IMG/VR virus record: IMGVR_UViG_3300037761_000202
Coordinates: 1-52,343 of that record
DNA length: 52,343 bases
Source: a virus
Taxonomy: Duplodnaviria; Caudoviricetes
Strand: one strand, 5' to 3'
Part shown: piece after piece, positions 25,945 to 35,053 of the stretch
How positions within the stretch are numbered: position 1 is the first letter of the stretch
How the letters are laid out: every line of letters starts with the position of its first letter
The notes under the pieces: generated by a model
The model's input: only the letters and a program-made list of their open reading frames with translations
Database searches by the model: none
What the model was told of the DNA's origin: nothing
Position numbers and translations under genes: made by a program

Positions 25945-26150
25945 CCTGCCGGCGCCTCATTCGGCCGATAGGCGGCGATCTGGTCTACTGGCGATGACAA
26001 GATCAAGACGTCGATACCCGGTAGCCGCTGAGCCAGCTTCGCCTTCAGCTGATCCGCCTGATACATGTTCAACGGCCGCGAGCACCGCACGATCAGCGTG
26101 TCGCCGGGGCGCACCACCAGCGCTTCCTGAGACATCTCCAGTTGATCCAT
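25941..26150 (-). CDS. Hypothetical protein
   Basis: LVVRPGDTLIVR; ATGA overlap with the portal start. Confidence 0.65.
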   Translation of the reverse strand: MDQLEMSQEALVVRPGDTLIVRCSRPLNMYQADQLKAKLAQRLPGIDVLILSSPVDQIAAYRPNEAPAG

Positions 26151-26155
26151 GCCAC

Positions 26156-26329
26156 TCACCTGCCCATCCGCTCCGCCAGCTGAGAACCCGCCAGCAACAC
26201 CCCGCCGGCAACGGCCAGACCCCACCAGCCCAGCCACGTAGCCACCCCGGCACCAACACCGGCCGCGACCGCCAGCAGGCCCAGTGCGTCGAGCGTGTCG
26301 GTGATTGCGTCCTTGATTAGCTCACGCAT
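26156..26329 (-). CDS. Small two-TM protein (not in ORF track)
   Basis: MRELIKDAITDTLDALGLLAVAAGVGAGVATWLGWWGLAVAGGVLLAGS; typical gene between TerL and portal. Confidence 0.75.
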   Translation of the reverse strand: MRELIKDAITDTLDALGLLAVAAGVGAGVATWLGWWGLAVAGGVLLAGSQLAERMGR

Positions 26330-26480
26330 GGTCACACCAGTAGCAGGCGTGGACCTCGTGGTCCGTGCCGATCCGGTGGCAATGCCGGCGATGCTCGTCG
26401 CACACCCACGTCACGCATGCCTCGGGGTATCCCTGGGCGATCAGCTGGCGGTCGATCCGCTCAGTCAACGTCTCAGCCAC
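26322..26480 (-). CDS. Small Cys/His-rich protein
   Basis: GGAGGG then GTG; C..WVCDEH..HCH...HACYWCDH. Confidence 0.55.
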   Translation of the reverse strand: MAETLTERIDRQLIAQGYPEACVTWVCDEHRRHCHRIGTDHEVHACYWCDHA

Positions 26481-26507
26481 CGGACCCTCCCCCCGTACAC
26501 TCGCCAT

Positions 26508-26717
26508 ATGACCGGTAGGCCGGGAGACGGGTGCAAAGACCCGCGCGCTATGCATCCGCACTGGTGCGGTTTTTGTGGTGCCGAGCTGTTGTTTTCTTCG
26601 GTAGCTTGCCAGCGCTTTATCGCCGTTCCCCCGTGTCCCCGGTGTTCCGGACATGACTGGCGGACCGAGGTCGACGAGCTGACCGCTCCGGACTACCACG
26701 AAGCCGCCCCTCAGTAG
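26508..26717 (+). CDS. Antisense zinc-ribbon protein
   Basis: HWCGFCG...PCPRCSGHDW; TACACT 6 nt before ATG 26508. Confidence 0.6.
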   Translation: MTGRPGDGCKDPRAMHPHWCGFCGAELLFSSVACQRFIAVPPCPRCSGHDWRTEVDELTAPDYHEAAPQ

Positions 26718-29398
26718 AAGCTCTGCAGCACGTCGTAATTCGCCTCGGCCACCAGCTCACCCCACGCGCCGTGAAGCCACCGCGCCAACGTCAACGACAC
26801 AATCGGGCCGATCTGACCACCCGACACCCGCGGCGACCACGCCACAGTGTCAGCACCCTGCCGCACCTGACCCACCGCCGCCGCATCGTCCAACGGCTTG
26901 GACGGCCGCACCCGCAACGAACACTGCTTAACCGCGTCGATCATCTGCCCGCACGCCGCCGCCATCGTCATCGGAGTCATCACCGCCACATCACCCCGAC
27001 ACGGCTCCTCCGCCACCTCCGGCGCCGACAGGCCGACATCCTCCAGGTCATCCCGCAGACTCTCGTAGGTGCCACGGCCCAACGCCACACCGATCGGGTC
27101 CAACGCCTCCCGCAGCTCCGCCAACCTGGCCGGCAGCCAGTCCACACCCGGCCGGTAATCCACCAGATGCCCATGACCCAACCCGTCCGCCCGCAGCCCG
27201 AACACCGCCACCGACCCGAACTCCCGCAGCGGATCCACATCCGCGCCCAGCGCCACATCACCCACCCGGGCCGAACCCGGGTCCTGCAACGCCCGCCACT
27301 GAGCCTCCGTGATCACACCCTGCAGCATCCGCGACGTCTTCCGGTTGCCGTACGCCCGCGCGAACTCCGCCGGCTCCATCGCCGCCCGCTCAGACCGGAT
27401 CGCGTCCATCGTCACCGTGTGCCGCCACCGCTGCCCCGCCGGAGCGCACCGGCACGGCGGATCGGGGCACAGCGCCGGCATGAACCCGAAGTACGACGCC
27501 TCATCCGCCGGGTCCCACCCGTCCGGTGCCGACCACTCGAAATAGGCCACGCCCGAGCCGACATCAGCCACCGTCGCCGCGCGGCCCGCCTCCACCTTCC
27601 GGTTCAGGATCACACTCGCGTCCGTGCCAGCCGTTGAGCAAACCAGCAACTGGGCATCCGGAACCGTGATCATCGCCGGCCGCAGACCCTGCTCCCGCCG
27701 CTCATCCGCGTCATGCCAGATCTCATCCATCACCGCCTGGTGGATGCTCTTGGAGTGGCCCGAGCTCGCCGAGGTCGACAACAGCCGGATCAACGACCCG
27801 GTGGCCCAACGGACCGACTCGTTACCCATCCCCTCGTTGATCTCCAGGCGCTTACCTTTGCGGGAGACCAGCCGGGCGATCGCCGAGTTGCGGATCAGCG
27901 GAAACAGCTCGTCCAACCACTTGTCTCGGGCGTCCTTACCCGACTGGGCGGTGAACACCGACCGCTGCGGATGCGACCAGCGCGCCGAGTTGCACCGGTT
28001 GATCTGCCAGGACAGGAACAGGGTCGTGTTGTGGGTCGGGACCAAGTCCCGGCCGGCCAGGAACAGCCCGTCAGGCGAGTCAACCTTGATGCACCGGACC
28101 GGCACCGACTCCACCGGCTCAATCCGGGCGATGCTCAGCGTGGCCCGGCCCTTCCCGCCGTCAAGCGCCTTCACCCTCGACGCCTTACGCGGAAGCCTGA
28201 AGACCCGGAACGGGTCTGCCAGCGTCGGGGTGAACTGGACCCGGTACTTGGGACCGCAGTCCCGGCCGTTCAATGTGGCACGGGCCATCCGCATCGTGGC
28301 CCGCCAGCCCAGCGACCGGGCCAGGAACAGTGCCGCTTCGGCCAGCCGCTGGTTCGTGGAACAAAACTCAGCCTGGCCGCGAGTGGGCTCAACCGTGCCA
28401 TCGGTGTCCATGAGCCCCTGCAAAAGGGCCTCGCGCTGGTCAGTCCCAGCGGTCAGGTACAGGTCGGGCACGTGCTTGTTTCCGAACACCCCGAGCACCC
28501 GCAACGCCGCGGGGAACGTACGGCTATTACGGCCCGGACCCGGAGCGGAGGTGATTCCCACGGATCGGGTGTTCCCCTTGACCCCACCGGGAGGGTTGGT
28601 GGGGATGAACCCGGCCGCTGCGATCGCCTCGCACCAGTGAGCCACATCGGAGACGTGGGACGTCAGCATGGCACTAGTCGAACTGCCGTCACCGAGCCAA
28701 GCGCCCAGCAAGTACGGGTCGATCGGCAGGTAGACGTCAGCGCTCTTCAGCGGCTCTTGGATGGGGAGCACGAATCGGTACTCATTCGTGGCGTACCGCT
28801 TGCCGCCCGTGACAGACGTCCGGCGGCCGGTTGAGTACCGGGAAGTCCCATAGTCCAGCATCTGACGCGTGGTCAGGACCCGAGTCTCGAACCACCTCCT
28901 GGCCGCCCCCCGAGGCCCGAGCGACCTGCTAGAACGCTTATCGACAACGGTCCAAAGGTGATCCGCATCCGCCACCACGGAACGGCCATCCGTCGTGGTT
29001 ACCCGGTAGCACCGATGCCCCAGCATCACCGAACTGACGAACGTTGCTTCGACGGAGTGCCCGGCAGGATGGAACACCTGATCGCCAACACGCAGGGCGC
29101 CCATCGTCGACCAGCCACGGTTTGCCGTGAGGATCGGCGTAGCCACATCGAGCGCTTTCCCCTGCTGCCTAGGTACTGTGACGACCACCTCACGGTAGGC
29201 CGGCAGCCCGGTCGCCGGGTCGACCTCGCAGCCGATGTCAGCTACGTGGCGCTGCCACGGCATGAACGGCTGCGCGAGCCGGTCGGCAACCGCCGCCAGC
29301 TCGTGGCCGAACGTCGCCCGCTCAGGCCGGCGGAGCGTCGAGAACCGGGGCGGACAACTCAGCGATGAGGCGGTCTGCCTCGCCAGAATCGCCGTCAT
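26711..29398 (-). CDS. terL: Terminase large subunit containing an intein
   Basis: FMPWQ, Walker A VPRQQGK/TT split by the intein, Walker B AVMDE, STAG, ALGADV nuclease motif. Confidence 0.95.
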   Translation of the reverse strand: MTAILARQTASSLSCPPRFSTLRRPERATFGHELAAVADRLAQPFMPWQRHVADIGCEVDPATGLPAYREVVVTVPRQQGKALDVATPILTANRGWSTMGALRVGDQVFHPAGHSVEATFVSSVMLGHRCYRVTTTDGRSVVADADHLWTVVDKRSSRSLGPRGAARRWFETRVLTTRQMLDYGTSRYSTGRRTSVTGGKRYATNEYRFVLPIQEPLKSADVYLPIDPYLLGAWLGDGSSTSAMLTSHVSDVAHWCEAIAAAGFIPTNPPGGVKGNTRSVGITSAPGPGRNSRTFPAALRVLGVFGNKHVPDLYLTAGTDQREALLQGLMDTDGTVEPTRGQAEFCSTNQRLAEAALFLARSLGWRATMRMARATLNGRDCGPKYRVQFTPTLADPFRVFRLPRKASRVKALDGGKGRATLSIARIEPVESVPVRCIKVDSPDGLFLAGRDLVPTHNTTLFLSWQINRCNSARWSHPQRSVFTAQSGKDARDKWLDELFPLIRNSAIARLVSRKGKRLEINEGMGNESVRWATGSLIRLLSTSASSGHSKSIHQAVMDEIWHDADERREQGLRPAMITVPDAQLLVCSTAGTDASVILNRKVEAGRAATVADVGSGVAYFEWSAPDGWDPADEASYFGFMPALCPDPPCRCAPAGQRWRHTVTMDAIRSERAAMEPAEFARAYGNRKTSRMLQGVITEAQWRALQDPGSARVGDVALGADVDPLREFGSVAVFGLRADGLGHGHLVDYRPGVDWLPARLAELREALDPIGVALGRGTYESLRDDLEDVGLSAPEVAEEPCRGDVAVMTPMTMAAACGQMIDAVKQCSLRVRPSKPLDDAAAVGQVRQGADTVAWSPRVSGGQIGPIVSLTLARWLHGAWGELVAEANYDVLQSFY
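28028..29155 (-). mobile_element. Class-3 intein with LAGLIDADG homing endonuclease (376 aa)
   Basis: Starts ALDVATPI, ends VPTHN/T; WCT triad (DHLW, VRCIKV, PTHN); LGAWLGDG and LQGLMDTDG. Confidence 0.92.
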
Positions 29399-29603
29399 CG
29401 GCCGTCAGCTCCCCGATCAGCTCGCGGTACTCCCGCCACAGCTGCGAGCGGGCCGGCTCAGCGTCCAGCGCTGCGGCGATGCTGCGGACCGCCTGGACCC
29501 GGGCGGCGTCGACCTTCTCCAGCCGACCGGCCGACTCCAGGGCGGACAAGGTCACCTCGATGGCCTGCGCGTTCGTATCCGGCGCTGAGTCCACTTTGGC
29601 CAC
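29322..29603 (-). CDS. terS: Terminase small subunit
   Basis: Helical 93 aa directly upstream of terL; AAALD...LWREYRELIGEL. Confidence 0.7.
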   Translation of the reverse strand: MAKVDSAPDTNAQAIEVTLSALESAGRLEKVDAARVQAVRSIAAALDAEPARSQLWREYRELIGELTADDGDSGEADRLIAELSAPVLDAPPA

Positions 29604-29619
29604 CCCCAGGGGTAAGACA

Positions 29620-29860
29620 TAGCGACATCTAGATGGTTAGCGTCACTCTGGTCTATGTCCGCTTTGTTCCCAGAACGGTACTGGGAAGGTGGCCATTCCA
29701 AGATCGGGAACAAAGCGGACATAGACGATGCTGTATGTAAATCGCGAGGGATGACAGTGTCACACCTCGGCCAAACATCTAAAAAAGTCGATGCCTTCCC
29801 GAGCTGGATTGATGGTTGTCTGTCTTTAGTGGACCTACCCAGTGTCCACTGCGAACACTA
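29620..29860. other. Probable cos/packaging region
   Basis: AT-rich gap between HNH and terS; 21-bp perfect inverted repeat 29651-29671/29706-29726; palindrome 29745-29769; A6 tract. Confidence 0.6.
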
Positions 29861-30157
29861 GATGTCGTCGATGTCAGCGCTGAAGCACTTCGACAACTGT
29901 CGCTGTCGTATCAGCTGGCGCCGTGCCTCGGTGAGCATGGCCATTCCTGCGCCGCGGTTGCATCCGCGGTGTTCCGGGCCGCTGTGCTCCGCCTTGCCTG
30001 TGCCGTCCCGGTGCCCCAGGTCCCACGGCTGTCCGGGTGCGATGGGCTCGTCGCACCGGGCGCAGTCCACCTCCCCGGCCTCGACCAGTGGTCGCCACCG
30101 TTCACGCTCCCGTTGGTGCGGGGCGCCGTAGCCGCGCTCAGTCGTGGTGGCCATCAT
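29858..30157 (-). CDS. Packaging-associated HNH endonuclease (HK97 gp74-like)
   Basis: RGYG..H...CARC...WDLGH...GPEHRGCNRGAG, just before cos/terS. Confidence 0.85.
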   Translation of the reverse strand: MMATTTERGYGAPHQRERERWRPLVEAGEVDCARCDEPIAPGQPWDLGHRDGTGKAEHSGPEHRGCNRGAGMAMLTEARRQLIRQRQLSKCFSADIDDI

Positions 30158-30407
30158 CCACCGCAGCCGGGGCTGGGGCCTTGCGTGCCAGGTGGGCGGT
30201 GCCGACCTGCCGGAACTCCTCGTCGCCTGAGTAGGCGATGGCAGCACCCAGGGCTAGGGCCGGGTGGGTGTGGGAGTTGATGGCGATGGTCACCAGCGGG
30301 CGCATGTAGCGCCAGGGCAGCCCGTCTAGGAAGTCCGCCCATCTGGCTGGTGCGTGCCGGCTGAGCAGGTACTGCCGTACCTCGGGCTGGGTGGGGACTC
30401 CGCTCAT
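30138..30407 (-). CDS. Hypothetical protein
   Basis: GAGG RBS; first gene after the putative late promoter. Confidence 0.6.
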   Translation of the reverse strand: MSGVPTQPEVRQYLLSRHAPARWADFLDGLPWRYMRPLVTIAINSHTHPALALGAAIAYSGDEEFRQVGTAHLARKAPAPAAVDDGHHD

Positions 30408-30461
30408 GCGTGGTACCTCGCCGGGTCCAGCTCAGCCACTAGGGGCGAGCGTAGTAGGGCC

Positions 30462-30490
30462 ATCGTTGCAAGGATTGGTTGAGCTGTCAA
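30462..30490 (-). promoter_or_regulatory. Putative late promoter
   Basis: TTGACA-N17-AACGAT in the AT-rich gap upstream of the packaging operon. Confidence 0.45.
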
Positions 30491-30509
30491 CTTTCGCCGG
30501 GCTGGCCGG

Positions 30510-30686
30510 TCAGATCCGGAGTCGGTCAACGCCCTGATCCCATCGGAGCGTGGCGTCTTCGCCGCTATCGACGCAGGAGTCACACCATCCCCTGTGCCGA
30601 CCTTCGTGGCCGGCCGGCAGGTCGCACAACGTGACGCCGTGCGCGTGATGCAGTGGGGCGGCGCACTGGTCCCGGGACTCGCTCAT
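30510..30686 (-). CDS. Small Cys/His protein
   Basis: CAAPLHHAHGVTLCDLPAGHEGRH..WCDSC; ATGA-coupled. Confidence 0.65.
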   Translation of the reverse strand: MSESRDQCAAPLHHAHGVTLCDLPAGHEGRHRGWCDSCVDSGEDATLRWDQGVDRLRI

Positions 30687-31507
30687 GTCCTGATCCTCTC
30701 TCTCATTGCGACCCGCAGCTGGTGCGCGTCGCCGAACCGGTACCGGCCCGGGGCGTGTGCCAGCAGCTGCCGGCGGGACACCCACGACCGGACCGTGCTG
30801 GCCGGCGTAGGCCGCCCGTGCAGCGACAGCAGCGCCGCGCACTCGTCCGCGCTGAGCAGGATGCCCGCCGCAGCGGCCAGGATCACCGTGGAGCGGTCGC
30901 GGGCGTCCCAGTGGCCTCCGCAGCCGGGGCAGTGGATGAGCCGGGCTCCTGGTGGCGCGGTGAGCCGCTGGGGGCAGTGTGTGCCGTCTTCCAGCTCGGC
31001 CATGCACACCCCGGCGTCGAGGCGGGGTGGTGGCCGGTCCACGGCCGGGGTGATGCGGGAGCAGGCGTTGCTGAGCTCGTCCCAGGCGTCGGCGGCGCCC
31101 GGGCGGTAGCGCAGCCAGCCGAGTTGCCCGGCCAGCCACCGCATGGTTTCGGGGACGGTGGTTGGTGCCGTGAGTCCGCGGCGCCAGGCGATGCGGCGGC
31201 GCCACCGGCCGATGGTCTGCTGGATGTCTTCGCGGTCGATGCTGGGGTTCCACCGGAACGGTAGCCCGGTGGGCGGGCCTGGCTGCTGGTCGGCGCCGCC
31301 GATGTCGGGGCGGATCGGCTCCGGTGGCGCCAGCCCGCGGGCCCGTGGTCCCGGGTCGGCCATTCTGGCCAGGCCGGCGGCGGTGGTGAGCAGTTCGGGC
31401 CACAGGTCGGCCGTGTCGCGTAGCCGGCCGGCCAGGGTGGTCGCGCAGGCCGGGCAGACGAACGCGACGTCCGGGACCGGGCGGGAGCACGCCTGGCAGT
31501 CAGCCAC
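30683..31507 (-). CDS. Zn-finger plus C-terminal HTH protein, probable late-gene regulator
   Basis: CQAC...CPAC; GVC...CPQRL...CPGCGGHW; TPASTVRSWVSRRQL...YRFGD; at the end of the early operon. Confidence 0.75.
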   Translation of the reverse strand: MADCQACSRPVPDVAFVCPACATTLAGRLRDTADLWPELLTTAAGLARMADPGPRARGLAPPEPIRPDIGGADQQPGPPTGLPFRWNPSIDREDIQQTIGRWRRRIAWRRGLTAPTTVPETMRWLAGQLGWLRYRPGAADAWDELSNACSRITPAVDRPPPRLDAGVCMAELEDGTHCPQRLTAPPGARLIHCPGCGGHWDARDRSTVILAAAAGILLSADECAALLSLHGRPTPASTVRSWVSRRQLLAHAPGRYRFGDAHQLRVAMRERIRT

Positions 31508-31709
31508 CGTCCGACCCCAGCACCGCCGAGAGCACCAGTAGGGCCAACATGACACCCCACAGCCACATGCTGATCAGCGATATACGCCCCTGCCGGCGCC
31601 AGAAGACCTCCATCTCCCGCCAGAACCTCGCACAGTCAGCCCAGAAGTCGGGATGGCCCGGCGGCAGGGTGGTGGGCTTCGGAACCGGGTTGCTCAGCGG
31701 GTTACGCAT
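31500..31709 (-). CDS. Small protein with C-terminal TM
   Basis: LISMWLWGVMLALLVLSAVLG. Confidence 0.6.
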   Translation of the reverse strand: MRNPLSNPVPKPTTLPPGHPDFWADCARFWREMEVFWRRQGRISLISMWLWGVMLALLVLSAVLGSDGG

Positions 31710-31989
31710 GGTCGCCTCCCTCGGTGGCCGTCTCGGTCGCCATCAGGATCTGCACGTCGTCCGGGCGGTGAAGCCGCCCATTGACCAAGTAGCCGGACAC
31801 GCGGCTGAGGTTGATCCAGCGCGCGGCGGCCAGCGCGTCCAGCACCGCCACGCCGAACCCGGCGAACTCGGCCAGGTCGCACGGTAGGGCCTCCTCGGAC
31901 CAGCTGCACCCGTCGCCCATGCAGGCGTAGTCGTGCACGGCTCCGGCCACAAGCTCTACGGTGGCCGGGTCGTAGCGCTCAGCCGGCAT
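31702..31989 (-). CDS. Hypothetical protein
   Basis: GAGGAGG RBS; operon continuity. Confidence 0.65.
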   Translation of the reverse strand: MPAERYDPATVELVAGAVHDYACMGDGCSWSEEALPCDLAEFAGFGVAVLDALAAARWINLSRVSGYLVNGRLHRPDDVQILMATETATEGGDHA

Positions 31990-32185
31990 CGTTGGCCTCC
32001 TCAATCAGCCTGTCCACGAACGCGCGGAAGTCGTCATCTACGGACTGTGCGCAGGGATCGCACTGGAAGTCGTAGACGCTGCCGGCGATGTGCACGCCGT
32101 CCACCTCGATGCCGCAGTGCGGGCACTGGCCACGCCTGGTAGGCGCTGGCCGTGGTGAGGTGGCGGACCGAATCGGGTCAGGCAT
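31979..32185 (-). CDS. Small zinc-ribbon protein
   Basis: CPHCG...CDPC; GGAGG RBS. Confidence 0.65.
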   Translation of the reverse strand: MPDPIRSATSPRPAPTRRGQCPHCGIEVDGVHIAGSVYDFQCDPCAQSVDDDFRAFVDRLIEEANDAG

Positions 32186-32186
32186 C

Positions 32187-32576
32187 TCACACCTCCGGCT
32201 CGGGTGGGGCGGCGGACAGCGGGCTGTGGTCGGACAGCAGCGACCGCCACGGCTTGACACACCAGCCCGCCGGGTGCCACGCCCCCGGTGCCTGTCGCAC
32301 CAGCCGCCAGTGGCCGGGCACGTCCCGCTCCCACCGGCAGCCGTGCCCGTCGTCCACCGCAACCACCTCCGGTCCGGGCTCGGCCGGAAGCTCCCACGTG
32401 GTCGGGGCGGCGGCCAGCTCGTCCGCCCAGCGGCGCAGGCGCCACGCCGCCCGGGCGTCCGTGCCCGACGGCGGTGGGTCGCCGGCCAGCGCCAGCGGCA
32501 GCGGCCAGTCGATCCGGTCGGCAGCCCAACGCAGCGCCTCGGCGGGTGTTGTCGGCAGGTCGGTGGTGGTGGTCAT
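32187..32576 (-). CDS. Trp-rich hypothetical protein
   Basis: ATGA-coupled; WELPAEPGPEVVAVDD. Confidence 0.7.
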   Translation of the reverse strand: MTTTTDLPTTPAEALRWAADRIDWPLPLALAGDPPPSGTDARAAWRLRRWADELAAAPTTWELPAEPGPEVVAVDDGHGCRWERDVPGHWRLVRQAPGAWHPAGWCVKPWRSLLSDHSPLSAAPPEPEV

Positions 32577-34228
32577 GGTCCCTCCGTCTCGGTCGGGGTG
32601 GTGGCCGGCTCCGGGCTGCCGGGGACGGGGCGGGTGCCGGCGCGGATCTCGCCCGCCCTGCCTAAGATCCATTGCGGCACGTTGATGCGACCGGACAGCC
32701 GGCGTATCTCCTTGGCGAGCCAGGCGCCGAAGTCGGCGGCGGCGTCCCGGCGGGCGGTGGCCAGCTCGCGGTCGCACTCGCTACGGGCGCCGACCAGCTC
32801 CTCCTCCAGCCGGGCCACCTCTGCGCGTAGCCGCTCCACATCCCCGGTGGCCCCGGCCAGCCGCACCGCCAGCCGGCTGGACGCCACACGGTGAGACCCC
32901 CGGTCCGCGACCACCACGGCCAGCTCGGCGGTCAGCTCGGCATGGTCGGCGGCCCACCGGTGGTTCGCCTCTACCGTCTCAGCCAGCTCGGCGCGGGCGG
33001 CGTCGCGCTCGCCCTCCAGCATCTTCTGCACACGCACCCCGTGCGCCAGGATGCGCAGGGCAGCATCCAGCTCGCCGCGGGCAGCGTCGCGCTCGGCCAA
33101 CGCATCGTAGAGCTGGGTGGAGCGGGTATCCAGCGCCCCGACGTACAGGTCCCGGTCGGCGAGCAGGGCGCGGACCTGCCGGCCGATGTCCGGGTCCCGG
33201 GTCTCCGCCGGGCCGGTCTCCAGCCACTCGGCGAGCTCCAGCAACGGCCGGCGTGCCCAGCCGTCACCGGCCAGGTCGGCAGCCGGCTCCCCGCTTTCAT
33301 TTGCCGGCCCGGATTGTAAGTCGGGCGCGTCCGGGCGTTCCGGCTGGTCGGCTGTTTGACGGGTGCTTGACGCGTGGTCCTTCCCGGCCAGCTCCGCGGC
33401 CGTGCCGGCGTAGGAGGCCAGCGGTGGCAGCCCGCACGCCTGGATCTCCGCGTCGGTCAACCAAGACAGCGGGCCGGTGCGGTGTCGACGGTCCGGGTCG
33501 CCGGCGGGGCGGTGGCCCTGGTGCAGCTCGCACTGGCCGTGCGCTGGGTGGGTGGCCGGGCAGCGGCGCTGGTCATCCGGGGCGGGCTCGCCGAGCGCGT
33601 CCCACGCGGCGATGAGTGCCAGGTCTGCGCCGTCCGCCCACAGCGCCGGGTCGTCACCGTCACAGCACGCGCGCCGCCACTGCCCCACCGCGTCCAGCAC
33701 CCGGCCGGCGGACGGGTCCACCAACAGCACCTCGCGGACCGGGCCGTAGGCGTCGTCGAAGTAGTCCCTGGGATGGCCTGACCCGTACGACCCGTCCGCC
33801 CGCATCGGCCAAATATCGCCGTCCCGGTCGATCAGCGCCCGGCCCAGGATGGCCGGGCCGGTGGTCCCCGGGGTAGGGCCGGCGGCTGCGGTGGCGTCTC
33901 CGGCCGGCTGGGCCGGCTGGGCGGGCGGCTCCGGCTGGTCGGCCCACGGGGTGAGCTCGCCCGTCTCGATCCGGTGCGCGTCGATCTCCAGCGCGCTGGC
34001 GTAGTACCGGCTGGCGTCCGCCGCGTCCGTCTGGCCGGTGTGCCGCTGGTGCTCGGCATCGTCGCGGAGCTGGCCGGCCTTCCACCGCAGCGCGGCGGCC
34101 CACACGCGGCGGCACAGCGCATCCTCCAGCACCACCACTGGCGCCGTCGGCGGTGCCTCGACGGGCTGGCCGGCTCGCGGGCCGGACGCATGCGTCGCCG
34201 GCTGCGGGGTCGGGTCGGTGGCGGTCAT
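32573..34228 (-). CDS. 551-aa mosaic protein with C-terminal coiled coil
   Basis: DRDGDIW...YGPVREV segment, Cys/His microdomain, ERDAAR repeats. Confidence 0.75.
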   Translation of the reverse strand: MTATDPTPQPATHASGPRAGQPVEAPPTAPVVVLEDALCRRVWAAALRWKAGQLRDDAEHQRHTGQTDAADASRYYASALEIDAHRIETGELTPWADQPEPPAQPAQPAGDATAAAGPTPGTTGPAILGRALIDRDGDIWPMRADGSYGSGHPRDYFDDAYGPVREVLLVDPSAGRVLDAVGQWRRACCDGDDPALWADGADLALIAAWDALGEPAPDDQRRCPATHPAHGQCELHQGHRPAGDPDRRHRTGPLSWLTDAEIQACGLPPLASYAGTAAELAGKDHASSTRQTADQPERPDAPDLQSGPANESGEPAADLAGDGWARRPLLELAEWLETGPAETRDPDIGRQVRALLADRDLYVGALDTRSTQLYDALAERDAARGELDAALRILAHGVRVQKMLEGERDAARAELAETVEANHRWAADHAELTAELAVVVADRGSHRVASSRLAVRLAGATGDVERLRAEVARLEEELVGARSECDRELATARRDAAADFGAWLAKEIRRLSGRINVPQWILGRAGEIRAGTRPVPGSPEPATTPTETEGP

Positions 34229-34506
34229 CCGTCGATCGCCTCCCGGTCACGCAGCTCGGCGCCGACGATCCGGCCGGTATAGGCGTGCACCTCGAAGTCG
34301 TCGCTGGTGCACTTCTCGCCGGGGATCGATACCAGCGTGATGCCGACCTCTTGCCGCATCCACTCCTCAAGCACCACCTCCAGGCGGTCCCCGGGGCCGG
34401 GGTCGCCGTCGGCGTAGTTCTTGGCGTAGTCGTCGAGGTCGTCGGCGTAGAAGCCGGGCACGGTGACGTGCAGGACCAGGGTCTTCGTCGGCTTGTCAGT
34501 GGTCAT
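34225..34506 (-). CDS. Acidic hypothetical protein
   Basis: GAAAGGA RBS. Confidence 0.7.
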   Translation of the reverse strand: MTTDKPTKTLVLHVTVPGFYADDLDDYAKNYADGDPGPGDRLEVVLEEWMRQEVGITLVSIPGEKCTSDDFEVHAYTGRIVGAELRDREAIDG

Positions 34507-34673
34507 CGGGTGTCCTTTCGGGTGGTGGTGGCTCCGCACCGGCACTCGCAGGTGACGGGCCGGCGCAGGGTGGGGTCATCGTGGTGGCCGGGCGCCCGGG
34601 CGCAGACGTGGTACACGGCGGCGGTCAGCACCGGCCAGCGGTGGCCGCACAGCCCGGCGGCGGTGGTGCTCAT
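34503..34673 (-). CDS. 56-aa Cys/His protein (not in ORF track)
   Basis: MSTTAAGLCGHRWPVLTAAVYHVCARAPGHHDD...CECRCGATTTRKDTR; ATGA overlaps at both ends. Confidence 0.65.
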   Translation of the reverse strand: MSTTAAGLCGHRWPVLTAAVYHVCARAPGHHDDPTLRRPVTCECRCGATTTRKDTR

Positions 34674-35008
34674 CGGCGCCGGTCCCGGTCATCCTCGCCA
34701 CCGTCGCCGGGCTGGGACCCGTCGCGGACGTAGGCGGCGCCCATCTCGGCCAGGCGCAGCCACATCGCGCCGATACGGTCGATGCTGGCCTCAGCGGCGC
34801 TCCGCGACAGCGGGCTTATCACCCGGGCCAGCAGCTGGCCGGCGGAGTCGAGCGCCCGGGCGCGGATCTCCGGCTCGGACATGCCGGCGTCGAACGTCAG
34901 TTCTTCGGCGTCGATGGCGTTGCACCAGCGGCAGTCCGGGTCGGTGTCGAAGTGGCCGGTGTGCGCGAAGTCGGTGGTGGTCGGGTCGGGTGGCTGGTGG
35001 GTGGTCAT
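34670..35008 (-). CDS. Hypothetical protein
   Basis: GGAGA RBS; HTGH...CRWC. Confidence 0.7.
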   Translation of the reverse strand: MTTHQPPDPTTTDFAHTGHFDTDPDCRWCNAIDAEELTFDAGMSEPEIRARALDSAGQLLARVISPLSRSAAEASIDRIGAMWLRLAEMGAAYVRDGSQPGDGGEDDRDRRR

Positions 35009-35053
35009 CGGGTCTCCGTTCCGGTGGTGATGGCCTTGCGGTGGGCGAGCCGG

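Noticed and set aside
5872-28834. Many long plus-strand ORFs antisense to structural genes (e.g. 5872-6792, 16516-17421, 27713-28834)
   Set aside because: Arg/Pro/Gly-rich shadow frames expected in high-GC DNA; no RBS or motifs, and they overlap well-supported genes
29752-29762. TGACA-G-TGTCA shares half-sites with the RHH operator
   Set aside because: Half-sites are in the opposite arrangement and only 5 bp long; better explained as part of cos
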